The translations under genes and the position numbers were made by a program. The notes beneath the pieces were generated by a model, which did not search any database, was not told where the DNA came from, and was given only the letters and a program-made list of their open reading frames with translations. 64,000 nucleotides of DNA from Dyadobacter sp. (GTDB taxonomy: Bacteria > Bacteroidota > Bacteroidia > Cytophagales > Spirosomataceae), in contig CBDDGG010000003.1 of assembly GCA_965227755.1 (NCBI GenBank), positions 220,742-284,741 of the forward strand. The letters run 5' to 3'. Of the stretch, positions 53,471-61,880 are shown one piece after another. Positions within the stretch are counted from its first letter, which is position 1. Each line of letters starts with the position of its first letter.

Positions 53471-55807
53471 ATGAACGAGAATTTTCGGACAACAGGCATT
53501 CAGGGAATTTGCTTTTTAATCGTAATCCTGCTTTGTTTTTTTGAAGAGGGGAATGCGCAGGAAACATATGCCGGTCGCTACAAAGCCGTTTTCACAAGTC
53601 CGCCGGGCAAAGTGCCGACAGCCAAAACGCCGGACGGGCCATTGGCGGGAAACGGGGACATCGGTCTGACGTTCGGCGGGACGCCTGACAAACTGCTGTT
53701 TTATCTCGGGAAAAACGATTTCTGGCGTGCATATCCCGTTTATCCCGGCGGCGGTATTGCCCTGCCCGGATGGTTGCAGGTGCGGATTCCCGCGCTTTCC
53801 GGCGCCGACTATTATGCGGAGCAAATACAGGACAAAGCTGAGATTGCCGGAAGGTTTACCAAAGATAGCCTCACGGTTTGGGTTAAAACCTGGGTTTCGG
53901 CAACTGCCAATACGGTAGTTGTCGAGCTCGGGTCGAACAAGGCTTGCTCCATGGATTTTGCATTGAAAGCAGCGGAAGGAAATACGTCCGTTAATGCGAA
54001 GGGAGTGGACGCGGGCACGCATTGGGTTACGCGTTCCTTTGAAAATACACCATTGCTGGAATGGCCGTCGCACGTAGCGATGGCCGTTAAAGTATTGGGG
54101 CCGAAGCCGGGAAGGGATGGTAGCATTACCTTGAAGCCGGATGGCAAGCTGACTTTGGTGGTGACAATGTATACCAATTACGATTCGAAGGATTGGAAGC
54201 AAAAGGCGATAGCGGTCGCGAAGAGTACGACGCAAACAACTATCAACCAGCTGCGAAAGGAGCATTATGCCTGGTGGGAAAAGTTTTGGCGGCAGTCGGT
54301 GGTACAAATAGGGGACCCGTTTCTTGAAAAGTACTACTATGCCTCACAATATCTTTTCGGGGCGACATCGCGGGGGGATAAGTTTGCCCCTGGCATCTGG
54401 GGGCCATTTATCACGAAGGATTCTGCCGCATGGGGTGGTGATTACCATCTGAATTACAACTACCAGGCACCCTATTGGGCCGCCTATTCTTCCAACCACA
54501 TCGACGAGACCGACAATTTCGACAAGCCCCTGATCGATTACATGGAAAACGGGAAGCGGCATGCGAGAGAGCTTCTCGGTATCCGCGGTATTTACTATCC
54601 CGTCGGGATCGGGCCAATGGGGCTCGTTACGACACGTTGGCCGTTGACACCCGATGAAATGGAGAAGCGTTATGCTTCCAGGGAGAATACCATCGACGGC
54701 GGGTACAAGTTCCTGGGACAAAAAATCAACGCGGTGTTCAGCGTGGGAAACATGCTCATGCGCTTTTACAGCACATATGATGTTGCCTACGCACGAAAAA
54801 TATACCCTTACATGCTGGAATGCGCCAATTTCTGGGAGGATTATCTCAAGTTCGAAAACGGGCGCTACGTCATTCACATGGACCACTATAACGAGGTAAT
54901 GCCGAACCTGAAAAACAAGGGGCAATGGCGTCAGCTTCTGGGCGATTTCAATTCCACATTGTCGGTTGGATTGGTAAAAATGCTTTTCAAAGGCATTATC
55001 GATGTGAGCGGGTTTCTCAAAGTCGATACGGGCAGGCTTCAAAAGTGGGACCATATTGTCGCGTATATGAGCCCATTCACCGTCGGTGAGGTCGATGGCA
55101 AACCGAGCCTGAAAGGGGTTGAGTCCAGTCCTTCGCCGGTTCACAGCCGAATTGAAGGCCTGGCCAGGGTATCGATACACGGGCTGCTGCTGCCGGGAGG
55201 TGTGTGCGGGCCTAAGACCGACTCTGCATTCAACAGCATCTTGCTCGGTGACGTCAGCCGCTGGAAAGACAAAATGAAAGCCCCGGGAGATTGGGGAAAT
55301 ACCCTCGGTAATGGTATTGAAACTTGTTTCCCGGCTGCGGTCAGGGTTGGATATGACGCTGATGAAATCATGCGGCAGCTGACCGACCGGATCAAACGCC
55401 AGTCGTTACCCAACCTTTGGATTACCGCTGAGGGCGGGGGGATAGAGACGCTGTCGGCGGTTCCGCTGACGATCAACGAAATGATGATGCAAAGTTATGA
55501 GGGGGTGGTCAGGATATTCCCGAATTGGAACAAAACCAAAAATGCCAGTTTCGACCGGCTCCGGGCATATGGCGCTTTTTTGGTAAGCAGCCGTCTGGAG
55601 CAAGGGGAAATCGCATATGTCAGGCTCCTGAGTGAGGCCGGCCGGCCATGCCTCATCGAAAACCCATGGCCGGGACAAAAAGTACAGCTGCTACGGAACG
55701 GACAAAAAGCGGAACAGCTGACCGGCGGCACATTCTCTTTCCCTACCAGACGGGGCGAGCAGCTGGAAATTGTTAAATTTTTGCGCATAAACCCCCACCA
55801 AAAGTAG
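53471..55807 (+). CDS. divergent GH95-like (alpha/alpha)6 glycoside-hydrolase-like protein, family unassigned
   Basis: Preferred start is the ATG at 53471 (signal peptide). The N-terminal PLAGNGDIGLTFGG...NDFW parallels the GH95 PVGNGHIGAMVFGG...STLW. DYHLNYNYQAPYW (N-Y-N at 54452-54460) parallels NYTININTQMNYW of the bona fide GH95 at 28704. Confidence 0.6.
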   Translation: MNENFRTTGIQGICFLIVILLCFFEEGNAQETYAGRYKAVFTSPPGKVPTAKTPDGPLAGNGDIGLTFGGTPDKLLFYLGKNDFWRAYPVYPGGGIALPGWLQVRIPALSGADYYAEQIQDKAEIAGRFTKDSLTVWVKTWVSATANTVVVELGSNKACSMDFALKAAEGNTSVNAKGVDAGTHWVTRSFENTPLLEWPSHVAMAVKVLGPKPGRDGSITLKPDGKLTLVVTMYTNYDSKDWKQKAIAVAKSTTQTTINQLRKEHYAWWEKFWRQSVVQIGDPFLEKYYYASQYLFGATSRGDKFAPGIWGPFITKDSAAWGGDYHLNYNYQAPYWAAYSSNHIDETDNFDKPLIDYMENGKRHARELLGIRGIYYPVGIGPMGLVTTRWPLTPDEMEKRYASRENTIDGGYKFLGQKINAVFSVGNMLMRFYSTYDVAYARKIYPYMLECANFWEDYLKFENGRYVIHMDHYNEVMPNLKNKGQWRQLLGDFNSTLSVGLVKMLFKGIIDVSGFLKVDTGRLQKWDHIVAYMSPFTVGEVDGKPSLKGVESSPSPVHSRIEGLARVSIHGLLLPGGVCGPKTDSAFNSILLGDVSRWKDKMKAPGDWGNTLGNGIETCFPAAVRVGYDADEIMRQLTDRIKRQSLPNLWITAEGGGIETLSAVPLTINEMMMQSYEGVVRIFPNWNKTKNASFDRLRAYGAFLVSSRLEQGEIAYVRLLSEAGRPCLIENPWPGQKVQLLRNGQKAEQLTGGTFSFPTRRGEQLEIVKFLRINPHQK

Positions 55808-55870
55808 ATCTGAACATGCTTCCTCGCCCCGCATATTCCAAGCCGGATGTCATTCTCACATTTTTGGCAG

Positions 55871-56821
55871 CTAAAATGAATTAGATTTTTCACCGCCCCA
55901 TCCGGTGGTTCGTAAAAACTGTTCCCAGTTTAATGCGGCCGGGTCGATGCGCCTGCTCCAAAGCAGATCGCGATCTTTGCCGAAATATCCATAGTCAACA
56001 GCGTATGCCACCATTCCTGAAATTTCCTGCACCAGAATCTCATTGGAGCCGAACTCCGGGAAATGGTGAAGAAGCTCTTCGCGCGCGAATGCGGAATTGT
56101 ACTCAGCCTTTTTGCCAGTAACCCGCGTGAAGGTATCGACCATTTCCTGCGGAGAAATGATGTCGCCGATTACCGGCAACGACTTACCCGCATATTTACC
56201 CGGATTCGAGAATATTTCCAAAACCGCGGGGCCGGTGGCCGTGAGGGGGTCGACAAACGGTGCGCGAAAATCTTTGGGTAAATATATCGGGAACACGAGT
56301 GAGTCTCCCTTCATCTTGGGAGTATTAAACTCAATCAGGTTGGTGTAGAAGAAAGCCATATGTATAAATGTACTCACGACCGGTAAGGTCCGTATGTACT
56401 CTTCGATCCTGGCCTTGTCCGTAAAATGGGGTGCAAACATTGTTCCGCCGCTGATTTTGTCCACATTTTCCAGGCTGCTGAAGATAATGTGCCGCACACC
56501 AGCGTCAACCGCCGCGTCCGCAAGTTCTTTACCGAGCCCGAACTCGTAGTTTGCAGGCGGGACAATATTGGGTGTCACCAGGAAAACCCCGTCCGAGCCG
56601 CGGAATGCATTTTCGAACGCTTCTTGATACCCCGGAGCCAGTGGTATACGCACAAGTTCCATTCCCTGCGCTGCCAGGGCACGCGCTTCCGGTGAATCAG
56701 TTCTGCGCGTAATGCCGCGGACACGATAGCGCCCGCTCGCCAGTAGCGTGTGCGCGACACTGCGCCCCTGCTTGCCCAATACGCCGACGATGGTGATGAG
56801 TGGTTTATTCTGTTGTACCAT
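55871..56821 (-). CDS. NmrA-family NAD(P)-binding protein
   Basis: 316-aa ORF. Start: ITIVGVLGKQGRSVAHTLLASGRYRVRGITR. The overall NmrA/isoflavone-reductase-like pattern is present. It is divergent from an HxlR-type regulator gene. Confidence 0.85.
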   Translation of the reverse strand: MVQQNKPLITIVGVLGKQGRSVAHTLLASGRYRVRGITRRTDSPEARALAAQGMELVRIPLAPGYQEAFENAFRGSDGVFLVTPNIVPPANYEFGLGKELADAAVDAGVRHIIFSSLENVDKISGGTMFAPHFTDKARIEEYIRTLPVVSTFIHMAFFYTNLIEFNTPKMKGDSLVFPIYLPKDFRAPFVDPLTATGPAVLEIFSNPGKYAGKSLPVIGDIISPQEMVDTFTRVTGKKAEYNSAFAREELLHHFPEFGSNEILVQEISGMVAYAVDYGYFGKDRDLLWSRRIDPAALNWEQFLRTTGWGGEKSNSF

Positions 56822-56934
56822 GCTCTGTTGTCTGTGAAAAATTTTAACTATAAAAATTATAGTTGCAAAACTATTTATAGCCGGTTAGCTTTGCAATAAC
56901 TATCCATTTGGATAGGTGCTTCAAATCAAATGCT

Positions 56935-57315
56935 ATGGGAATAGAGTGTGAGGGCGAGTTTATAAAGGTCAATAACAAGCTGTATCCCTGTACGGTGAGT
57001 GTAGCGATGGACCTGGTTGGCGGGAAGTGGAAGGTCGTTATTCTCTACCATTTGAAGGACGCGCCCAAGCGGTACAGCGCGCTCAGGAAGGAACTGCCCG
57101 GTGTTACCGAGAGGACATTGAGCCTGCAGTTGAAGCAATTGGAAGAGGATGGCCTGGTGTCGCGGCAAGTATACGGCGAAAAGCCCCCCATTAAAGTTGT
57201 TTACAGCCTGACCGACTTCGGCAAGTCGTTTGCGCCGGTGCTGGATGCCATTCTTGGCTGGGGCAATCAGATCGCTTCGGAAAAAGGGGAATTTGTGAAT
57301 GCGTCAATTCCGTAA
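56935..57315 (+). CDS. HxlR-family winged-helix transcriptional regulator
   Basis: Preferred start is the ATG at 56935. Core: CTVSVAMDLVGGKWKVVILYHLKDAPKRYSALRKELPGVTERTLSLQLKQLEEDGLVSRQVYGEKPPIKVVYSLTDFG, the classic HxlR pattern. Confidence 0.85.
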   Translation: MGIECEGEFIKVNNKLYPCTVSVAMDLVGGKWKVVILYHLKDAPKRYSALRKELPGVTERTLSLQLKQLEEDGLVSRQVYGEKPPIKVVYSLTDFGKSFAPVLDAILGWGNQIASEKGEFVNASIP

Positions 57316-57508
57316 ATCCGTTACCGCGCAGAATCCAGGTAATTCCGAAGCTCCTTCAAAAACGGGAAATACAGATCGCTTCCGGTGGGGCGCTATCGCT
57401 CAGCAGGGGTTCGATGGAACTGCTGGTCAGCAGCGCCGCTATTAATTTGCTTATTTGAAGATTAATCTGTAATATTTGCTGAACCCTTACCCTAAACTAT
57501 GAATCACT

Positions 57509-57919
57509 ATGGCCAGACGTATATCTGCTTTTGGGATTGTCTTTATATCCATTTTCCTTTTTAGCTACTCTTGCCAGGATCATCAGGTTCCGGGGGTAGC
57601 ACCGTCCCTGGTCACACTTCAGGTATCCCCTGGTGCGGTAAGATGCGAGGTCGCATTTAATTTTAACCTGGTCGATACAGGCAATATACCCATTACAGAG
57701 TTTGGCGTGGTAGTGGCAGGTTTTGGTTTCTCGGGACAGGCTTCCGATACACCTACTGTTGGCACCCACACGAAAGTGATCTTTGATCCGCCTTTTACGA
57801 CGGGTGTGAAAAACAAGAACTCCAAAGTATGTACTAATAACATATCCTTCCGGGCATATGCCATTCTCAATAACGGAACGATCGTGTATGGCGATAAACT
57901 GATTTATCAGGATGTCTGA
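57509..57919 (+). CDS. small lipoprotein, function unknown
   Basis: 136-aa ORF with lipoprotein signal MARRISAFGIVFISIFLFSYSC. It has beta-rich composition. The equally long antisense ORF (57497-57928) lacks any recognisable feature. Confidence 0.55.
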   Translation: MARRISAFGIVFISIFLFSYSCQDHQVPGVAPSLVTLQVSPGAVRCEVAFNFNLVDTGNIPITEFGVVVAGFGFSGQASDTPTVGTHTKVIFDPPFTTGVKNKNSKVCTNNISFRAYAILNNGTIVYGDKLIYQDV

Positions 57920-58003
57920 TTGTACCATTCTATTTGCCCGCAGCTGACTATTCGTCCTTCACCGCTTTTTCAATGAGTTGGGTTAAAATATTTTGCTTTT
58001 TAA

Positions 58004-58038
58004 TTATATGTATATACATTTGAACATATTTAATAAAA
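58004..58038 (+). repeat. AT-rich motif copy 1 (TTATATGTATATACATTTGAACATATTTAATAAAA), contains TACATTTG -7-like box
   Basis: By eye it matches 59638-59673, with shared core ATATACAT(N0-1)TTGAAyATATTTA. It lies ~140 nt upstream of the MFS transporter start. Confidence 0.5.
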
Positions 58039-58175
58039 CCTGTCCGGACGCATTGATACTGCCTCTAAGCGGTGGCCCATGAGGTGCTCGTTTATTAGCT
58101 GACGTTCAGGACATCCGACCTGGTCTCATTAGACTTGGGGAGGCACCAGCCTTTGACGTTAAAACCGCTAACGCT

Positions 58176-59579
58176 TTGCAAACAAAACAGGTAAAACATT
58201 TTATCTCCCTCATTACGCTCATCGCTGCATTGGGTGGCTTTTTATTTGGGTTCGATATGGCCGTGGTAAGCGGCATTATCGAGCCGGTCAGGGCGCAATA
58301 TGGCTTATCGGCTGCTGAGGAAGGATTGTTTGTTTCATTCGCATTGCTGGGCTGCATCGTGGGGGTCGCTTTCTCCGGCTACCTGGCCGATAAGATCGGG
58401 AGGAAAAAAGTCCTTTTCGTGGCCGCTTCTCTGTTCCTGGTCAGCGCCGTAGGGTTTTCTTTATCGGGTACTTATGCGATTTTAATTGTATTCAGGATAC
58501 TCGCGGGTGTGGGCGTGGGGGTAGCTTCCAATGTATCGCCGCTCTATATATCTGAAATCGCGCCGGCGGAAAAGCGGGGTGGATTAGTGACTTTCTATCA
58601 GCTGGCCATCACCATCGGCGTGTTGGCGGCCTACACCAGTAATATGCTTTTGCAGCGGCATGCGGCGGCGCACGGAGGTGCCGGAGACGGTTTGTTTCAT
58701 TGGCTTTTTGAAGAGCAGGTCTGGCGCGGGATGTTTTTTGTGAGCGTAATCCCCGCATTACTGTTTTGTGTGTTGTTGACGATCGTGCCCGAAAGCCCGC
58801 GCTGGCTCGCAGGTAACGGAAGGAGCCGGGAGGCATTGGATATTCTGCAAAAAATCAGCGGCGAGCAGGAAGGCCGTTCCGAGCTGGAAGCGATCAAGCA
58901 GGTAGCTGCGCAGAAATCCGGCGGTTTGAAGGAGCTGGCGCACTTCCCTTTCAGAGGGTTGCTCGTGATGACAATGGTATTGACGGCATTGTCGCAGTTC
59001 AGCGGGATCAACGGGGTGATCTTCTACGGTCCCACCATTTTGAAATCCGCGGGTATTGTCACCAGCGACGCGCTGCTGTACCAGGTGATCCTGGGATCGG
59101 CAAGTATGCTGTTCACCCTCATCGCCATTTGGAAGGTCGATACGTGGGGCCGCAGGTCGCTTTATCTGGTCGGGTCGTTCTGGGCCGCTGTGGCGTTGGC
59201 CTTGACGGGACTCTGCTTTATGTATGGGGTTAATGGGTGGGGAATGTTGCTGTGTATCATATTATTCCTCCTCTTTTTTGCATTCTCGCTCGGTCCTTTG
59301 AAGTTTGTTATCGCCACCGAAGTCTTCCCGATGCACATCCGGGGAAGGGCTCTGTCGATTTGCATTATGACGATGTGGGTGTCCGACTGGATCGTGAACC
59401 TGCTTTTCCCGATCATGCGCGACGACCTGGGAATTGCCAGCACATTCTTCGTGTTCTCGTTCTTTTGCATGTGCTCATACGTGTATGCGAGGAAGAATTT
59501 GTTTGAAACCAAAGGGAAGAGGTTGGAAGAAATAGAACAGTTTTTGACCGGCAAGGCGCATCATGATGTCGAAAGCTAG
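58176..59579 (+). CDS. MFS sugar porter (XylE/GalP-like sugar:H+ symporter)
   Basis: 467-aa ORF that needs a TTG start. Sugar-porter signatures: GGFLFGFDMAVVSG, GYLADKIGRKK, PESPRWL, PMHIRGRA. It has 12 hydrophobic segments. Confidence 0.9.
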   Translation: MQTKQVKHFISLITLIAALGGFLFGFDMAVVSGIIEPVRAQYGLSAAEEGLFVSFALLGCIVGVAFSGYLADKIGRKKVLFVAASLFLVSAVGFSLSGTYAILIVFRILAGVGVGVASNVSPLYISEIAPAEKRGGLVTFYQLAITIGVLAAYTSNMLLQRHAAAHGGAGDGLFHWLFEEQVWRGMFFVSVIPALLFCVLLTIVPESPRWLAGNGRSREALDILQKISGEQEGRSELEAIKQVAAQKSGGLKELAHFPFRGLLVMTMVLTALSQFSGINGVIFYGPTILKSAGIVTSDALLYQVILGSASMLFTLIAIWKVDTWGRRSLYLVGSFWAAVALALTGLCFMYGVNGWGMLLCIILFLLFFAFSLGPLKFVIATEVFPMHIRGRALSICIMTMWVSDWIVNLLFPIMRDDLGIASTFFVFSFFCMCSYVYARKNLFETKGKRLEEIEQFLTGKAHHDVES

Positions 59580-59637
59580 TGGTTTAAACCGCCTCTGCAA
59601 TTCGACCGGATTTTTTCAAAGAATATCCGTTAGAATG

Positions 59638-59673
59638 TTTATACATATATACATATTGAATATATTTATGAAA
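59638..59673 (+). repeat. AT-rich motif copy 2 (TTATACATATATACATATTGAATATATTTATGAAA)
   Basis: See copy 1. It lies 16-50 nt upstream of the ATG at 59689. Confidence 0.5.
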
Positions 59674-59688
59674 TAATCGTAAACCGGG

Positions 59689-60909
59689 ATGAAATACTAC
59701 GCGCTGTTGCTCCTGTTAGCTGGTTTCTCGTGCGGCACACCATCGTCCGATCATAAGGAGCCGACTGGTGGAATGGAGGTGAATGAGAACGAATTTACGG
59801 CAGCACCAGCTCCGGAATGGTCGGATTTGTTCGTTCGGAAATCGGGCTGGTTCGGTGGCGACGGGATTTTTGCGATCCCGTTTTCAGGCAACGATTCGGA
59901 GGAGCGCGATAGCATATTGTTTCTGTTCAGCGATACGGTGATCGGCGAAATTGACGGGGGCAAGCTGAAACCAGGCATGTCGATGGTCAACAATTCGGTG
60001 GCGGTACTGAAAGGCAAAAGCCCTGATTCGACCAGTCTGACATTCAGGGTAGCGGGAAATCCGGGTGCTTTCCGTGCTATATTTACGCCCAGGGCGAATA
60101 AGCCCGATAAGGACACCTACTTTTGGCTCGGGGACGGTTTTGTAAATCCCGACGCGGGCAAAGACTTGTTTATTTTTAGCTACAAGATTACCAGCACGCA
60201 CGATAATTCGGCGCTCCCGTTCAAAGAAACCGGCAACTCGCTGATACGTGTTCCGGCGGGGAGCCATTTTCCTTACCCCGGCCAGCAGCAATTTGACCTG
60301 CCGTTCAATAACTATAAAAACGGCGGAGAAACGATCTCATTCGGTTCTGCGGTGTTCAACAATAGCAGCTCGGTGGAAAAGACCGGTGCCGACGGATTCG
60401 TATACGTGTACGGGACGAAAGGTGCAGCCAAGAAACTCGTATCGGCCAGAGTAAAGCCGACCCGGGTCACGTCGTTTGATCAATGGGAATTCTGGAATGG
60501 CGAAGGATGGTCAAAAGACGTGAAGTCGGCGGCAACGTTGGCTGATTCGGTATCCAATGAATTGAGTGTGAGTTTGTTGTGTCCCGGAAAATATGCATTG
60601 GTTTACCAGTTGGGAGGATTGTTTCCGGATATCTGCATGCAGGTTGGCCCTACGCCTGTGGGGCCCTTCGGCCCGCGGATCGTTCTTTACAAGACCTCAT
60701 CCGATATAAAGGACCCGGATTTGTTTACCTACAATGCCAAAGCGCATCCCGCATTGTCGGGGCCGGGAGAATTGCTGATTTCCTATAATGTGAACACTTT
60801 CAAGTTTTTTGAAGTGCTGGAAAAACAACCTGATATGTATCGGCCACGGTTTGTCCTGGTGAAATTCAAATCACGTTCGGGCAGTTCCCCGGAAGGATCG
60901 ACGGAATAA
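59689..60909 (+). CDS. lipoprotein of unknown function (possibly DUF4185/GH43-like beta-propeller; family not verifiable here)
   Basis: 406-aa ORF with lipobox LLLAGFSC. Segments GWFGGDGIFAIPFSG and ILFLFSDTVIGEI resemble the (L/F)FGDT-type motifs I associate with DUF4185-like propellers. It sits in a sugar-utilisation context. Confidence 0.7.
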   Translation: MKYYALLLLLAGFSCGTPSSDHKEPTGGMEVNENEFTAAPAPEWSDLFVRKSGWFGGDGIFAIPFSGNDSEERDSILFLFSDTVIGEIDGGKLKPGMSMVNNSVAVLKGKSPDSTSLTFRVAGNPGAFRAIFTPRANKPDKDTYFWLGDGFVNPDAGKDLFIFSYKITSTHDNSALPFKETGNSLIRVPAGSHFPYPGQQQFDLPFNNYKNGGETISFGSAVFNNSSSVEKTGADGFVYVYGTKGAAKKLVSARVKPTRVTSFDQWEFWNGEGWSKDVKSAATLADSVSNELSVSLLCPGKYALVYQLGGLFPDICMQVGPTPVGPFGPRIVLYKTSSDIKDPDLFTYNAKAHPALSGPGELLISYNVNTFKFFEVLEKQPDMYRPRFVLVKFKSRSGSSPEGSTE

Positions 60910-60939
60910 CGGGGCTCACAGCTATAAAAACATTTTCCA

Positions 60940-61878
60940 ATGAAAGAAGTCTTCGTCGGTATAGATTTTGGCGGCACCAGGATTAAGATCGGACTCGTCA
61001 ATGAGGGCGAAATCCTGGAAGACCTCAATATGGAGGCCGCCGCCGAACAGAATTTTGAACACAGGCTGAATGATGTGGCAACGGAGGTCCGTCGTTTGCT
61101 GGCCCGGCGCGATTACCGGCTTACTGGCATGGGCTTTGCGTTTCCGGGCATTGTCAATTTTTATGAGGGAGCCATTTTATCCCGGTATGTGAAATATCCC
61201 GGGGCCGAAAACACAGACCTCCGGGCGTGGGCTAACAGGCTTTTCGGGGTGCCGGCTGTGGTGGAGAATGACGCAAGGGCGGCGCTGATCGGGGAATGGA
61301 AGCATGGCGCGGGTGTAGGTAGCACCGATCTCGTGCTGGTAACGCTCGGTACGGGCGTAGGCACAGGCGCACTCGTGAACGGCGCGCCCCTGCGCGGGAA
61401 GAACTTCCTGGGCGGTAACCTGGGAGGGCATATGACGATCAACGTCGACGGGGAAGTCTGCAATTGCGGAAACATCGGATGTGTGGAAAGCGAAGGCTCG
61501 ACGTGGGCATTGACGCGGATTGCCGGGGCATCGCCCGATTTTTCGGAGAGCAAACTGGCAGGATTGGATCTGATTGATTTTAAAGCCCTTTTTGAACTGG
61601 CGGAAGAAGGTGATCCGCTTGCAGCGAAGCTGAGAGACCGTTGCCTGAAAGTATGGTCGTTATGTGTGATCAACCTGATCCATGCTTATGATCCGCAGAA
61701 AGTCATCGTCGGCGGCGGGATCATGAAAAGCAGCCATGTTATTTTACCGTACATCAGGCAAATGATCGGCAGGCATTCCTGGATTACCGCGGCCGACGTG
61801 GAACTCGTCGCCGCGGCGCGCCCTGAACATGCCGGAATATTAGGAGTATATGAATTATTAAAACCAACTGAAAGCTGA
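60940..61878 (+). CDS. ROK-family sugar kinase (no N-terminal HTH)
   Basis: 312-aa ORF. It starts directly at the ATP-binding motif VGIDFGGTRIKIGLV. The ROK zinc motif GGHMTINVDGEVCNCGNIGCVE is present. Confidence 0.85.
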   Translation: MKEVFVGIDFGGTRIKIGLVNEGEILEDLNMEAAAEQNFEHRLNDVATEVRRLLARRDYRLTGMGFAFPGIVNFYEGAILSRYVKYPGAENTDLRAWANRLFGVPAVVENDARAALIGEWKHGAGVGSTDLVLVTLGTGVGTGALVNGAPLRGKNFLGGNLGGHMTINVDGEVCNCGNIGCVESEGSTWALTRIAGASPDFSESKLAGLDLIDFKALFELAEEGDPLAAKLRDRCLKVWSLCVINLIHAYDPQKVIVGGGIMKSSHVILPYIRQMIGRHSWITAADVELVAAARPEHAGILGVYELLKPTES

Positions 61879-61880
61879 AA

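Noticed and set aside
57380-57445. tRNA-like fragment (…GCTCAGCAGGGGTTCGATGG…) and GC-rich coding-like patch in the HxlR-lipoprotein gap
   Set aside because: There is no acceptor-stem complementarity and no GTTCGAATC-type T-loop. The minus-strand open frame is at most ~27 codons between stops. It may be a decayed gene remnant, but this is unsupported.
58081-58175. Possible structured leader (GGTGC...GCACC long-range pairing, TGACGTT direct repeat) before the MFS transporter TTG start
   Set aside because: The pairings are short (5-6 bp) and I cannot match them to any known riboswitch class. It is kept only as context for the long leader and would need Rfam scanning or conservation analysis.
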